A stretch of DNA of 64,000 bases from Leucoraja erinacea (lineage: Eukaryota): NCBI RefSeq assembly GCF_028641065.1, contig NC_073415.1, positions 7,874,001 through 7,938,000 on the forward strand, in the 5' to 3' direction. The notes under the pieces were generated by a model. That model was not told the origin of the DNA, did no database searches, and saw only the letters and a list, made by a program, of their open reading frames with translations. Below are positions 1 through 12,500 of the stretch, piece after piece. Both the position numbers and the translations under genes were made by a program. Within the stretch, counting starts at the first letter, position 1. Each line of letters starts with the position of its first letter.

Positions 1-47
1 TAACTCTTTTATTGATCATTGTCTGTTTTTTTTCTCCATAAACCCAG

Positions 48-209
48 GAGTTGTACTTTTGGATCAGACACAAGGCTTCTGGTTAGTTCACAGTACGCCA
101 CATTTTCCACCGCCAGCTCAAGAAAGTTATCAGTGGCCAACCAGTGGAAGGAAATATGGCCAGTCCTTCCTCTGTGTAACATACCCGTATTCGCAATTTC
201 AAGAAATCG
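48..209 (+). CDS. DNASE2: DNase II internal exon
   Basis: cccag|GA GTT GTA...; GVVLLDQTQGFWLVHSTPHFPP...QFQEI; donor G|gtaagg. Confidence 0.9.
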
Positions 210-3200
210 GTAAGGTCCTTTCTCAAAAGGTACTTCTTCAGCACTTGAGACAGACAGCATTTGGTTATAAACAGCCCATGAGTCTGAAGTTTACTAGAAT
301 AATCCCAGGACTGATTGGAGTGCTGTTCAGGTTCAGCAATAGCTACTTCCCCACAGCCATCAGGCTATTAAACCAGGCTCGGACAAAACTCTGATTATTA
401 ATAACCATTTTCTGTTATTTGCACTTTATCAGTTTATTTATTCATGTGTGTGTATATATTTATATTATGGTATATGGACACACTGATCTGTTTTGTAGTA
501 AATGCCTACCTACTATGTTCTGTGTGCTGAAGCAAAGCAAGAATTTCATTGTCCTATACAGGGACACACGACAATAAACTCACTTGAACTTGAACTTGTT
601 CCTCTAACAGTGTAACACTGCCCCTCTACATCGGGGACCTGGGGTGGTCCCATGCAACCTGTTTCTCTCGCGGTTCACAAGACTCACCAGCCGCCTGCTA
701 CTTTTGCGGGCTGGAAGAGTCTGTGTTCCACGATTATGTGGAGTGTGTGTGGCTGCAGCCCCTGTTTCATTGCCAAAAAGGGGCTGCTTGTTGCCTTTTG
801 GCTGCACTTCACACCCACCATCCTCATCTTTGGACACCCTGTGCATGGGGGAGAGGGCAGGGCTGAAGATGTCCTGGTTGGGTTACTCCTGGGCCTGGCC
901 AAGCTGGCCATTCGCGAGTCATGGCACCAGGCAGAAGAGAGCTCTGCCCGAGTCGGCTGCCTGCCCCTTTTCCGGGGATACGTCCGTGCCCGGGTGGTGT
1001 TAGAGAGGGACTACACACTGTCCACGGGCGCCCTGGGGGATATCCGGGGACCGCTGGGCACCGCGGGGGGTGGAATGTGTCCTTAATAAAGGGGGGGAAA
1101 TAGTAATTTGAGAATATTTGTTTCGCTTGTATTGTGATGGTGTGTTTGTTTTGAATAATTTGGTATTTACATATTGTAAATTATTTTTGGTTAAAAAAAA
1201 ACTGTGGCACTCCCTTAACACTGCCTCTCTGATAGTGTGCAGCTTCCTCGATACTGCACCTCAGACAGTGTGGCACACTCTCAGTACTGCACCCATTCTC
1301 CTGCCTTCTCCCCAAATATCCCTGACACCCTTACTAGTCAAGAATCTGTCAATCTCCGCCTTTTGACGGCACTGGGCCTACACTCACTGGAGTTTAAAAG
1401 GATGAGGGGGTGGGGTGGGGTACCTCATTGAAACTTACCGAATAGTGAAAGACCTGGATAGAGTGGATATGGAGAGGATGTTTGCCACAGTAGGCATGTT
1501 GGTGCAGTGGCCTTAGCACCAGAGACCCAGGTTCGATCCTGACTACGGGGGGCTGTCTCTACGTTCTCCCCGTGACCTGTATGGGTTTTCTCCGGGAGCT
1601 TTGGTTGCCTCCCACACTCCGAAGACGTACGGGTTTGCAGGTTGATTGGCCCGATATAATTGTAAATTGTCCCTAGTGTGTGCAGGATAGTGTTAATGTG
1701 CGGGGATCCTTGTCGGTGCGCCAAAATGGTCTGTTTCCACGCTGTATCGCTAAAACTGAAAACCTTTTATTTAATTAACTGCAGGACTAAACGATGATGT
1801 AAAGTTCCGTAACCTCCCCCCAAACATTGTTCCCTTGCAGGCACCCAGTTATTGTACAACAGCCCTCATGTGTTTGACCATTCGATCCCTCCATCCTTTG
1901 CTAAGGATCTACCGGATCTCCAGAGAGCAGCAGCCGGTGAACACAAGAAAACCCCTCCGTGGTCCCGAAAGGTGGTCCTATCGTCGGCAGCAGGGAAGCA
2001 ATTCACCAGCTTTGCAAAGCACAAGAATTTTGGAGCAGGTGTAGTATTCTCTCGATCGTCACTTGTGGCTCACTTCGTAGGTGGGGATGGATCAGTTGTA
2101 ATTTAAGATTGACACACTGGAGTAACTCAGCGGGACAGGCAGCACCTCTGGAGAGAAGGAATGGGTGACGTTTCGGGTCGAGTCCCTTCATCGGAAGAAA
2201 CGTCACCCATTCCTTCTCTCCAGAGATGCTGCCTGTCCCGCTGAGTTACTGCAGCATTTTGTGTCTATCTATCTTCAATTTAAACCAGCATCTGCAGTAC
2301 TTACCTACACAACGATCGTAATTTAGTTTAGTTTAGAGATACAGTGTGGAAGCTGGCCATTCGGCCCACCAAGTCCGCACCGACCATTGATCCCCGCACA
2401 TTAACATTATCCTACACACACACGAGGAACAATTTACATTTATACCAAGCTAATTAACATGCAAACCTGTACGTCTTTGGAGTATGGGAGGAAACCGAAG
2501 ATCACGGAGAAAACCCCTTTGCAGGTCATGGGAAGAACGTACAAACTCCGTATGGACAAGCACCCACAGTCAGGATTGAACCTGGGTCTCTAGTGCTGTA
2601 TGGCAGATGCTCTACCTCTGTGCCACCCAAAAATCATGTTTTGTCTTTCCGCTGACTGGTTAGCACACAACAAATACATTTTACTGTGCCTCGATACACG
2701 TGACAATAAACTAAACTCAACTTCCTTCTATGAGGAACAATGAAGCAGCTTGGCCTCATACTCTCAGCAGTACAGAGAATGAGGGGTGTCTTAATGAAGT
2801 GGTCTTGCCCCGTCCTACCTATCTGAGCTTCTTCACCCTTATTCGCCCTCCCGCTCTCTCAGGTCAGATGATCAGCTGCTCCTGATTGAGCCAAAGACTA
2901 AGCGGAAGCTCAGAGGGGACCGTGCCTTTGCTGTGTCGGCTCCGAGATTGTGGAATGAATTGCCTCTGCACGTTAAACAGGCCCCTTCTCTAGCTGTTTT
3001 TAAGTCACTCCTGAAGACATATCTATTCTCCATGGCCTTTGTAGACCAGTGAGGTGTTGAATTGTTTATTAACTTTATTTGCTTGGTTTTGCTGCGTTGT
3101 TCGTACTCGTGTTTTATGTTTTTTAATTTATTGTTTGGATTTTTGTATGTAATTTATGCGCCTCGTGTTAGTTGTATGTTCTGTTGTTCTGCCTGTTTTA

Positions 3201-4312
3201 TGATGTCTTGCTTGTTTTCTTTTTTCTGTACAGCACTTTGGTCAGCTTTGGTTGTTTTTAAGGTGCTTAACAAATAAAGTTATTATTATTATAAGAATTG
3301 ACAAGATAGTGTGAGAACATTTCTCCTGGCAGGAGATGAAGAAACAAGGAGCAAGAACCTCAGGACAAAAGCTTGCCTATTTCAGATTAGTTTAGGATGG
3401 AAACAGCATGGAAAGAGGCCCTTTGGCCCACTAATGCCATGCTGACCATCGATCACCCCTTCACACCTGCTCCATAGTATTTTACTTTCCCCTCCACTCC
3501 CTGCACATATTAGGGACATTTTACAGAGGCCAATTAACCTACAAACCCACACGTTTAGGATGTGATGGAATTGAAGAGGAATTTATTTTCTCAGAAGGTC
3601 GAGCATCTTTGGGACCGTGAATGCTAAGGATATTTTGGATATTCAAGGCTGAGATTAATGGATTTTTAGTACAATAAGGGAATAAGGGTTGTGGGGTCAT
3701 GCAGGAATGTGGAGCTGAGAGCAATGATCAGCTCAGTCACCATGTTATTGATTAGCAGATCAGGCTCTAGGGGCTGTGTAAGCTAATTAAGAAATAGTTA
3801 GACAGGTACATGGATAGGACAGGTTTGGAGGGATATGGACCAAGCGCAGGCAGGTGGGACTAGTGCAGCTGGGACATGTGGGCCGGTGTGGGCAAGTTGG
3901 GCCTGTTTCCACGCTGTATCACTCTCTGACTATCTCTTGTTGTTCTGCAGATCTGTACAAGGACTGGGTGGCAGGGGTCTTCCAGAGTGACCTGTTTGTG
4001 CAGTCGTGGCTGAACTGTCTGCGCGCTCTCCCCTCCAACTGCTCGGGGCAGTACGCGGTGTACAACGTGGAGGGAATACGGTTCCCCACGGGCGCTGCCT
4101 TCTCCACTCACGTGGACCACTCAAAGTGGTGCGTGACGAGGCCTGGAGGAGGCAGCAGCTGGACCTGCATCGGGGACATCAACCGAGACCAGGCCCAGGA
4201 GGAGCGGGGCGGTGGGACCGTCTGCAACGATGACCCAGCCGTCTATGATGCCTTCTCCATCCTGGTTGTGTCCTGTCAGCTCTGCAAGTGCACCTGCAGT
4301 GGGAATGCCTGA
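48..4312 (+). CDS. DNASE2: Deoxyribonuclease II (DNase II alpha / plancitoxin-like), 3' part; gene span
   Basis: Exons 48-209, 1841-2038 and 3951-4312 join in phase over GT-AG introns. Motifs GFWLVHSTPHFPP, YGQSFLC, DHSKW (second catalytic His) and WTCIGDINR..QEERGGGTVC are typical of DNase II. The 5' exons lie upstream of the window. Confidence 0.9.
326..598 (+). mobile_element. Rex1/Babar-like LINE 3' end fragment
   Basis: C-terminal RFSNSYFPTAIRLLN, AT-rich 3' UTR, AATAAA and an (ACTTGA)n tail. Confidence 0.6.
620..1201 (+). mobile_element. Tx1/L1-clade LINE ORF2 C-terminal fragment, frameshifted
   Basis: CYFCGLEESVFHDYVEC (CCHC-like) followed by WLHFTPTILIFG...GLLLGLAKLAI; short A tail near 1193-1201. 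Confidence 0.65.
1841..2038 (+). CDS. DNASE2: DNase II internal exon
   Basis: ttgcag|GC; GTQLLYNSPHVFD...FTSFAKHKNFGA; donor G|gtgtag. Confidence 0.88.
2112..2310. mobile_element. Penelope-terminal-repeat-derived inverted-repeat (hairpin) element
   Basis: Left arm ctggagtaactcagcgggacaggcagc...gtgacgtttcg is the reverse complement of right arm gaaacgtcacccattcc...ctgagttactgcag. Confidence 0.6.
2324..2630 (-). mobile_element. tRNA-derived V-SINE/HE1-like SINE
   Basis: Reverse complement of the family seen at 42166; (TTTAG)n tail at the left end. Confidence 0.65.
2800..3293 (+). mobile_element. L2-clade LINE 3' fragment
   Basis: GLAPSYLSELL..PSRSLRS..RGDRAFAVSAPRLWNELP..FKSLLKTYLF; AATAAA and a (TTA)n tail. 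Confidence 0.75.
3951..4312 (+). CDS. DNASE2: DNase II last coding exon
   Basis: ctgcag|AT; DLYKDWVA...DHSKWCV...CKCTCSGNA-stop (TGA 4310-4312). Confidence 0.9.
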
Positions 4313-7099
4313 ATGGCAGTGCCTGGAGCATTGGGCACCCATCTTTGCTTTGGTGTATGTGTGCAAGAAACCTTGGGGGACTTTAGCACCCACAGAGTTG
4401 GTGTGTTGGTATTCCCTGTTGGTACCTGTGTATGCTGCTGGTGCGTTGGTACCGGTGTACGCTGCTGGTGCTGGTGTGTTGGTATCCTGTGTTTAAGAAA
4501 GAACTGCAGATGCTGGAAAATCGAAGGGAGACAAAAGTGCTGGAGAAACTCAGCGGGTGCAGCAGCATCTATGGAGCGAAGGAAATAGGCAACGTTTCGG
4601 GCGGAAACCCTTCTTCAGACTGAAGATATCCTGTCCTGTGAGCTTCCAAGTCTTGCCCAGGATTGGGCTTCAGATATGAAGTATAGTCGGGTCCCCACCC
4701 GATACATCACCCATTCCTTCTCTCCAGAGATGCTGCCTGTCCCGCTGAGTTGCTCCAGCTTTTTGTGTCTATCTTGGGCTTCTGATAGCTGACCAGGTCG
4801 AGAGTTTTCACTCGGATATTAGAAGAGACATTGACGTTCTCGAGCAGATGTAAAACACCCACTTTGAAGAAGTTCATAAATTCATGTTCATACGTGATAG
4901 GAACAGAATTAGGCCATTCGGCCCATCAAGCCTACTCTGCCAATCAATCATAGTTGATCTATCTTTCTCCCTCAACCCAAATCTCCTGCCTTCTTGCCAT
5001 AACCCATGACACCCTTACTAATCAAGAATCTTATCTATCTCTGCCTTAAAAATGTCCATTGCCTTCTGTGGCAAAGAATTCCACAGGTTCACCACCCTGT
5101 GACTAAAGAAATTCCTCCTCATCTCCTTCCTGGAAGAACATCCTTTAATTCTGAGGCTGTGACCTCTGGTCCTAGACTCTCCCACAAGTGGAAACATCCT
5201 CTCCACATCAACTCTATCCGAGCCTTTCACTGTTCAGAGGAAGGGTCTAATGCAGCATCCTGTCCAATATTATCGTTCCAACAACATTACCAAAATCAGA
5301 TGAGGTCCACATGATTACATCAAGAGTGTTGGATTGTTATATGTACCAACAACAGAACAATGTAATTCTTACTTGCAGCAGCATAACAGCTCTACAAACA
5401 TAATATTCCTAGATAACATGCAATAAACAAAAAATTAATAAACTGAAACAGAAAATAGGTGCAGGAAGACGCCATTCGGCCCTTCGAGCCAGCACCGCCA
5501 TTCATTATGATCATGGCTGATCGTCCCCAATCAATAACCCATGCCTGCCTTCTCCCCATAAACCTCAATATTAATGCAAAAAATCCAAAGTCCTTAGTGC
5601 AACATACGAGGAATTTGATTTGTCATACAGTCATATCATAAATCAACAAAACACACAAAATACATTTTAACATCAACATCCACCACAGTGACTCCTCCAC
5701 ATTCCTCACTTTGATGAAAGCCGAAAAAAGATCAATCACCCCAATTTTAAAATTACTTTCTTTGTTTCTTGTATTGTATTGTATTCTGTAGTTTACTCGA
5801 GTTTTTGAGGTCCTACAGACCTCGTGAAATTTCCAAGTTCCTCTATTCTGCCCGCATTCCCGTCTCGAAATGTATCCAATCCACCATCTGTTGCCAAGGC
5901 CTCGGGTGTAGAATTATCTACCCTGAACCCCCCCCCTTTTTAAACGATTCCTTAGAATTAGTTATTTGTCTAAGCTTCTGATCGCCGGTTCCAAGATCAC
6001 AGTAAAGTATCATTTTTTGTTCCATCATATTTCTGTGGTGGGACGTGGGACGTTCTCCCAATGGTAAACTTGTTACACCAATGGAAACCTCTTTTGTTTC
6101 ACTTGGTTGATATGCTGCCTACATCAGGAAAGACATTAGAAAACAAAATGTGTGGGAATGAACTGCAGACGCTGGTTCATACCACAAATAGACACAAAAA
6201 GCTGGAGTAACTCAGCAGATCAGGCAGAATCTCCAGAGACCCTTCACCAGACTGAGAGAAACAAAATGTCCATTGTGAGAAGTTAACAAGAAAATGACAG
6301 TATTGTCCAACAACAGAAATGTGGAGCAGGCCAACACAGATCGCATTGCCCCTCTTGTCTTCATCCCTTACAACAATTACTCACCTTACTCTGTGTTGGT
6401 CAATAGATCCCAGCTGAATTATCCACCGTGGCAGTTCTTTGTTTCTTGTGGAGCTGGTGACAACTTCCATGCACTGTCCTCCTACACTAGACTGCTGCCC
6501 TTGGCATTCTTTGTAACATTAAATATCTTTGTCTGAATTATCAGTAAATTGTAACTGTAACTAAATAAATTCTGTTTTTTGTTTAACCCAGGACTTGCAC
6601 GTTGTTTTTACAAGGTTTTACTCTGCGTATATATTTAACATCACTTGTATTGGGGCTTCAAGGCATGATACCCAATGATGTCTTTCAAAAACACGTGAAA
6701 AGAGGGTTACAGCCACACATAATTAGACACAGAGAACATAGAGATGTAGCATGGAAAGAGGCCATTAAGTGTGTGCTGAACCTCAAGCACCCATTTACTC
6801 AAATTTTATGATAATCCCATTTTATTCTCTCCAAATTATCTCGTATATCTTCGTGCTGTACCACTCATCTACACACAGTTTACTGCCCCCAATTAACCTA
6901 GTATTTCTTTGCAAACCCTTCCAATTGATGTATTCACTGTGCTCTAATTTTTTTATTTTTGAACTAATGATTGTATCTTTTTGGAAGCTCCCATGAAATG
7001 TTTCCACAGCACTTTCTGGTGGTTATTTCTGGGTTACAGGTATTCACTGGGTAAAAATGTAGATTTGGGGGCATTGGTTTTGTCTTTTTGTACCATTAT

Positions 7100-7310
7100 N
7101 NNNNNNNNNNNNNNNNNNNNNNNNNNNNNNNNNNNNNNNNNNNNNNNNNNNNNNNNNNNNNNNNNNNNNNNNNNNNNNNNNNNNNNNNNNNNNNNNNNNN
7201 NNNNNNNNNNNNNNNNNNNNNNNNNNNNNNNNNNNNNNNNNNNNNNNNNNNNNNNNNNNNNNNNNNNNNNNNNNNNNNNNNNNNNNNNNNNNNNNNNNNN
7301 NNNNNNNNNN
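7100..7310. other. Assembly gap (N run)
   Basis: Run of N. Confidence 0.99.
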
Positions 7311-8027
7311 TCTATTATATTGTTTAGGAGCAGCACGGTGGCGCAGCAGTAGAGTTGCTGCCTTACAGCACCAGACTTGGGTTTGATCCTGACTACGGGT
7401 ACTTGTCTGTACAGATTTTGTGCGTTCTCCCCGTGACCACCTAGGTTTTCATAAGATCATGTGATAGCAATAATATGCTTACAATACTCTGTTGTGCTGC
7501 AGCAAGCAAGAATGTCCTTGTCCTATCTGGGACACATGACAATAAACTCTCTTGACTTGACATACGACAATAAAACACTCTTGACTCCAAGTCGACTTGA
7601 CCCATGTGGAGGAAAGAACTGCAGACACTGGTTGAAATCGATGATAGACACAAAATGCTGGAGTAACTCAGAAGGATAGGCTGCATCTCTGGAGAGAAGG
7701 AATGGGTGACGTTCCGTGTAGAGACCCTTCTTAAAGACTGATGTCAGGGGAGTGGGAGGTACATACATAGATAAGGTAGACACAAATGCTGGAGAAACTC
7801 AGCGGGAGAGGCAGCATAGATGCTGCCTCACCCACTGAGTTCCTCCAGCATTTTTGTCTACTTCGATTTTCCAGCATCTGCAGTTCCTTCTTGAACATAC
7901 ATAGATAAGGCAGTGTACAGATAAGGAAGTGTAAGGTCTGTAATAGGAAAAAGGAAATGATGTTCAAGGAAAACGTAGAGTAGATAATTGTTAGTCATCA
8001 ATGGCCCATCTCAAGTCTTGGCAGTGA

Positions 8028-8791
8028 GGTCCCTCCAATCCTCAGTTCCTGTAGTTCATCCAGTCCTCCAATCCTTAGTTCTCCAGTCCTCCAATCCTCA
8101 GTTCTCCAGTCCTCCAATCCTCAGTTCTCCAGTCCTCCAATCCTCAGTTCTCTAGTCCCTCCAATCCTCAGTTCTCTAGTCCCTCCAATCCTCAGTTCTC
8201 CAGTCCAATCCTCAGTTCTCCAGTCCTCCAATCCTCAGTTCTCTAGTCCCTCCAATCCTCAGTTCTCTAGTCCCTCCAATCCTCAGTCCTCCAATCCTCA
8301 GTTCTCCAGTCCTCCAATCCTCTCCAGTCCTCCAATCCTCAGTTCTCCAGTCCTCCAATCCTCAGTTCTCCAGTCCTCCAATCCTCAGTTCTCCAGTCCT
8401 CCAATCCTCAGTTCTCCAGTCCTCCAATCCTCAGTTCTCTAGTCCCTCCAATCCTCAGTTCTCCAATCCTCAGTTCTCCAGTCCTCCAATCCTTAGTTCT
8501 CCAGTCCTCCAATCCTTAGTTCTCCAGTCCTCCAATCCTCAGTTCTCTAGTCCCTCCAATCCTCAGTCCTCCAATCCTCAGTTCTCCAGTCCTCCAATCC
8601 TTAGTTCTCCAGTCCTCCAATCCTCAGTTCTCCAGTCCTCCAATCCTCAGTTCTCCAGTCCCTCCAATCCTCAGTTCTCCAGTCCTCCAGTTCTCCAGTC
8701 CTCCAATCCTCAGTTCTCCAGTCCTCCAATCCTCAGTTCTCCAGTCCTCCAATCCTCAGTTCTCCAGTCCTCCAATCCTCAGTTCTCCAGG
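8028..8791. repeat. Minisatellite A, about 23-bp unit GTCCTCCAATCCTCAGTTCTCCA
   Basis: Tandem array read directly from the sequence. Confidence 0.95.
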
Positions 8792-8832
8792 TCCACAAGT
8801 TGTCAAGTCCCTCCAGTTCTCAGGTCCCTCCA

Positions 8833-9321
8833 GGGTCCTCCAATGCCCAGGGTCCTCCAATGCCCGGGTCCTCCAATGCCCGGGTCCTCCAATGCCCCGG
8901 GTCCTCCAATGCTCAGGGTCCTCCAATGCCCCGGGTCCTCCAATGCTCAGGGTCCTCCAATGCCCCGGGTCCTCCAATGCCCGGGTCCTCCAATGCCCAG
9001 GGTCCTCCAATGCCCAGGGTCCTCCAATGCTCGGGTCCTCCAATGCCCCGGGTCCTCCAATGCTCAGGGTCCTCCAATGCCCCGGGTCCTCCAATGCCCA
9101 GGGTCCTCCAATGCCCAGGGTCCTCCAATGCTCGGGTCCTCCAATGCCCGGGTCCTCCAATGCCCCGGGTCCTCCAATGCCCAGGGTCCTCCAATGCCCA
9201 GGTCCTCCAATGCCCAGGGTCCTCCAATGCCCAGGTCCTCCAATGCCCAGGTCCTCCAATGCCCAGGTCCTCCAATGCCCAGGTCCTCCAATGCCCAGGT
9301 CCTCCAATGCCCAGGGTCCTC
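8833..9321. repeat. Minisatellite B, 16-17-bp unit GGGTCCTCCAATGCCC(A)
   Basis: Tandem array sharing the GTCCTCCAAT core with array A. Confidence 0.95.
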
Positions 9322-9384
9322 CGAGGTGGGGGCGCTACAGCGGCTCCATGGACAAAACAAAAACCCGTTAAGGCTTGCTGTCGC

Positions 9385-9520
9385 ATTGATTGACGTGAGC
9401 CCTGTCCAATGGCAAGTGGGGGCGGGACGTGTAGGAGCCAATAGCGGGCCGGCGGGGGCGGGACCGGAGCATCAAGTTGGGTTGCGCGGAAGGAGGCGGT
9501 TTGAGGGAGAAAATGGCGCC
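9385..9520 (+). promoter_or_regulatory. DCAF15 TATA-less CpG-rich promoter
   Basis: TGACGT at 9391, CCAAT at 9406 and 9438 (32 bp apart), GC boxes near 9418 and 9455, YY1-like AAAATGGCG over the start codon. Confidence 0.7.
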
Positions 9521-9587
9521 GAGCCGGAGTAAGGGTCCGGTTGTGAGGAGGAAAAACAATGTGCTGAGGAGCTTATACCGGCTAAAG
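9513..9587 (+). CDS. DCAF15: DCAF15 exon 1
   Basis: [25 protein letters not shown]; donor AAG|gtactg. Confidence 0.85.
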
Positions 9588-12500
9588 GTACTGGAAGCGG
9601 CGGTACACCGGGCTGGGAACACTAAATGCTGCATTTGCAACGTGAAAGCCCCCTCCCAAATAAAGCGTAAGGGGGATAAAAGTCAGGCTGTGTGTGTGTG
9701 ATTTAACATGACCCTTGTCCCACAGTAACAAACATAGAAACATAGAAATAGGTGCAGGAGTAGGCCATTCGGCCCTTCGAGCCTGCACCGCCATTCAATA
9801 TGATCATGGCTGATCATCCAACTCAGTATCCCATACCTGCCTTCTCTCCATACCCCCTGATCCCCTTAGCCACAAGGGCCACTTCTAACTCCCTCTTAAA
9901 TATAGCCAATGAACTGGCCTCAACTACCCTCTGTGGCAGAGAGTTCCAGAGATTCACCACTCTCTGCGTGAAAAAAGTTCTTCTCATCTCGGTTTTAAAG
10001 GATTTCCCCCTTATCCTTAAGCTGTGACCCCTTGTCCTGGACTTCCCTAACATCGGGAACAATCTTCCTGCACCTCCAGAATATAATCATATAACGTGCA
10101 TCATAATGAAACACTCCCAATAGACCATTCCCTTCATATTCAAAAATACACCCACCTCCTAATTAGAGTTTCTGGGTCGAAATTGGATTGTGTGATTTTT
10201 ATTTTTTTAATTTTAGATCGCCCTAACTCAATTGTTCAGAAAGACTGGGTTGCATTCCTATAGAAATGTTCACCTCTCCTCCAGGCTGTCCCAAGATGCA
10301 GACAAAGAACTACTTTCAACCAGCCCCGTGTAGTAGGGAAATGCAACAGTCAGTTTTGAAAATGGAAAGTTCTCACTTTCTTAACAGTGTTCTTGATATG
10401 CACTTGCATTTAAAAGTCACGAGGCTGACCCAAAATCAAAAAACAAACATGGATATTTGAAATTAAAAGAGGGGCCAACACCTCTTCTGAAAATGGTGAC
10501 TGTCTTATCAGGATTGCCCAATGTGAAAGCAGCATTTAGTTTTCTGCTAGTGTGAAATTGATCAGCTTATTTTTGCAGGTATTAGGGCTGAATATTGACA
10601 TTTGTGGTGTGTCTTAATGATTGAGACTGAAATGTGAACTTGCGGGTGGTTGCATACACTGATACCCCAATTAGTGTTCCCCACAAGAGCACTGATTTGT
10701 TAGAGTGGCCTTGTTCTTGGGGACTGAACATGAACAGGTTTGTTCATACCTTAGTCTGCAGAAGGGCTCGACCCAAAACATCATTTACTCAAGTTCTCCA
10801 GGGATGCTGCGTGACTTGCTGAGTTCCTCCAGCACTTTGCGTTTTTTTATTCTCAAGTCTGCTCTACTATTTGATCGTTGCTGATCTATTTTCCCCAATC
10901 AACACCATTCTCCATTCCATACAGCTGTCTGTTTACATCTTCCCTTTTTTTTATAATACAGGCACTTATAGAGGGGTGCCGACCAAAAATGTCCCGTATC
11001 CTTGTTCTCCAGAGGTGCTGCCTGACCTGCTGAGTTATACCAGCACTTTTAACCTCAACACTCCTTCCATGTGATGCCGTGTTTCAACATTGAAATCATC
11101 AATTTCGGATAACAATGTGTCCCATTTGATTTAGAATTAACCAGATCTGATAAAAGAGCGCAAGTGTCTGGTAAAGCTGTCGCCTAGTCTACGCTTGGTC
11201 TCGCTGATGTAGAATCCATTTGCATGCACCTCTGATCTCTTCCATTGTATTTAGTGCTCTGAATATGGCCTCCTCTGCACCAGTGTAGCCTGGCGTAGAC
11301 TAGGCAAACTCTTAGTCAAACATCTGTGCCTGTCTTGCAGAATTACTCCAGCATTTTGTGTCTACCTTCAGTTTAAGCCAGCATCTGCAGTTCTTTCTTA
11401 CATACTTAATTTGGTTCTTGTCTGAACTATTTGGGTAGATGGAAAGAAACAATTTGTGGTGGTTTGACAGGAGCCCTGGACTGGAGATGATTAGACCAGA
11501 AGTTAAAATTTGTATAATTAGATGCCCATCGTCACATGCTCTGATTTTGCATGACTGCAGTAGGATGTTACATATTTCATATTTTTAATTACAGATAACT
11601 GGACAGTTTTCTCATCGAATGTTTCAAAATTTGCCACCCATTCTTTGTGTCCCCTTGAAAAACATAGTGGATGATGATTTTTTACTAGCTGGGTAAGTAC
11701 ATTTCCTGTCAGCAAGCATTTATACAACATGAGAGTCATTTCAATACAAAGAGGAATACAAATGTGTCTGTCTTTTTTGAATTTCATTTTCCTGTTTCCA
11801 CAGTCATATATTCCTTGGTTTTACAAAATGTGGTAGGTATGTACTGTCCTACACCAGAGATGTGCCAGAGCAAGACTTTGATGAATTACCCTACTATGTG
11901 TATTACCTGTACTGGTGGAAGTTCAACATCCATGACAAGTTGAAAAAGGCGAGTAACTCTTGAAGAAAGCAAACCAAACTCAGTGACCCCTGAAAGGGTC
12001 TTATTTTTTTTCCTCTACCTGTTGGGATCCATTCCGTCAATTTTTTGGGTTAGAAATGACTTGCATTTGTCTATTATTTTTTTTAACAGAGAAAGCTCTC
12101 AGATTTATATGATATATTGAGAAGTCACATAAGATGACATGAGAACAGATAATCAAATAGGCAGGTTTTATCAACAAGCCATGTAAGAAAAAACAGAAAG
12201 GTAGCGGTGCAATTCAGGCAACGTTCCGATGAACCTCTTCTGCACCCTCTCCAAAGCCTCCATCTTTCCATGTGGCAAGCGAAACTGCTTGAAATACTCT
12301 GAATGTGGTTAACCAAAGTTTTATAAAGCTGCAACATGAGTTCCTCACTTCTATACTCTGATGCTACGACCGATGAAGGCAGGTATGCCCTACACCTTTT
12401 TTACCAACCTATCCACTTGTGTTGCCACTTTCACAGAGTTATGGACTTGTACCCCAAGATCCTTCTGTACATCAGATATACATGATAGAGCGACTAAACT

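Noticed and set aside
5420-5445. AATAAA as the DNASE2 poly(A) signal
   Set aside because: It lies in AT-rich repeat-derived sequence; the true 3' end cannot be assigned without transcript data.
6981-7352. ORFs spanning N runs (also near 30893 and 56879)
   Set aside because: They are open only because of unknown bases.
8756-9532. Overlapping repetitive ORFs (PPMPRVLQC, WALEDPGH)
   Set aside because: Artefacts of the 16-17-bp tandem repeat, open on both strands; not collagen- or mucin-like genes.
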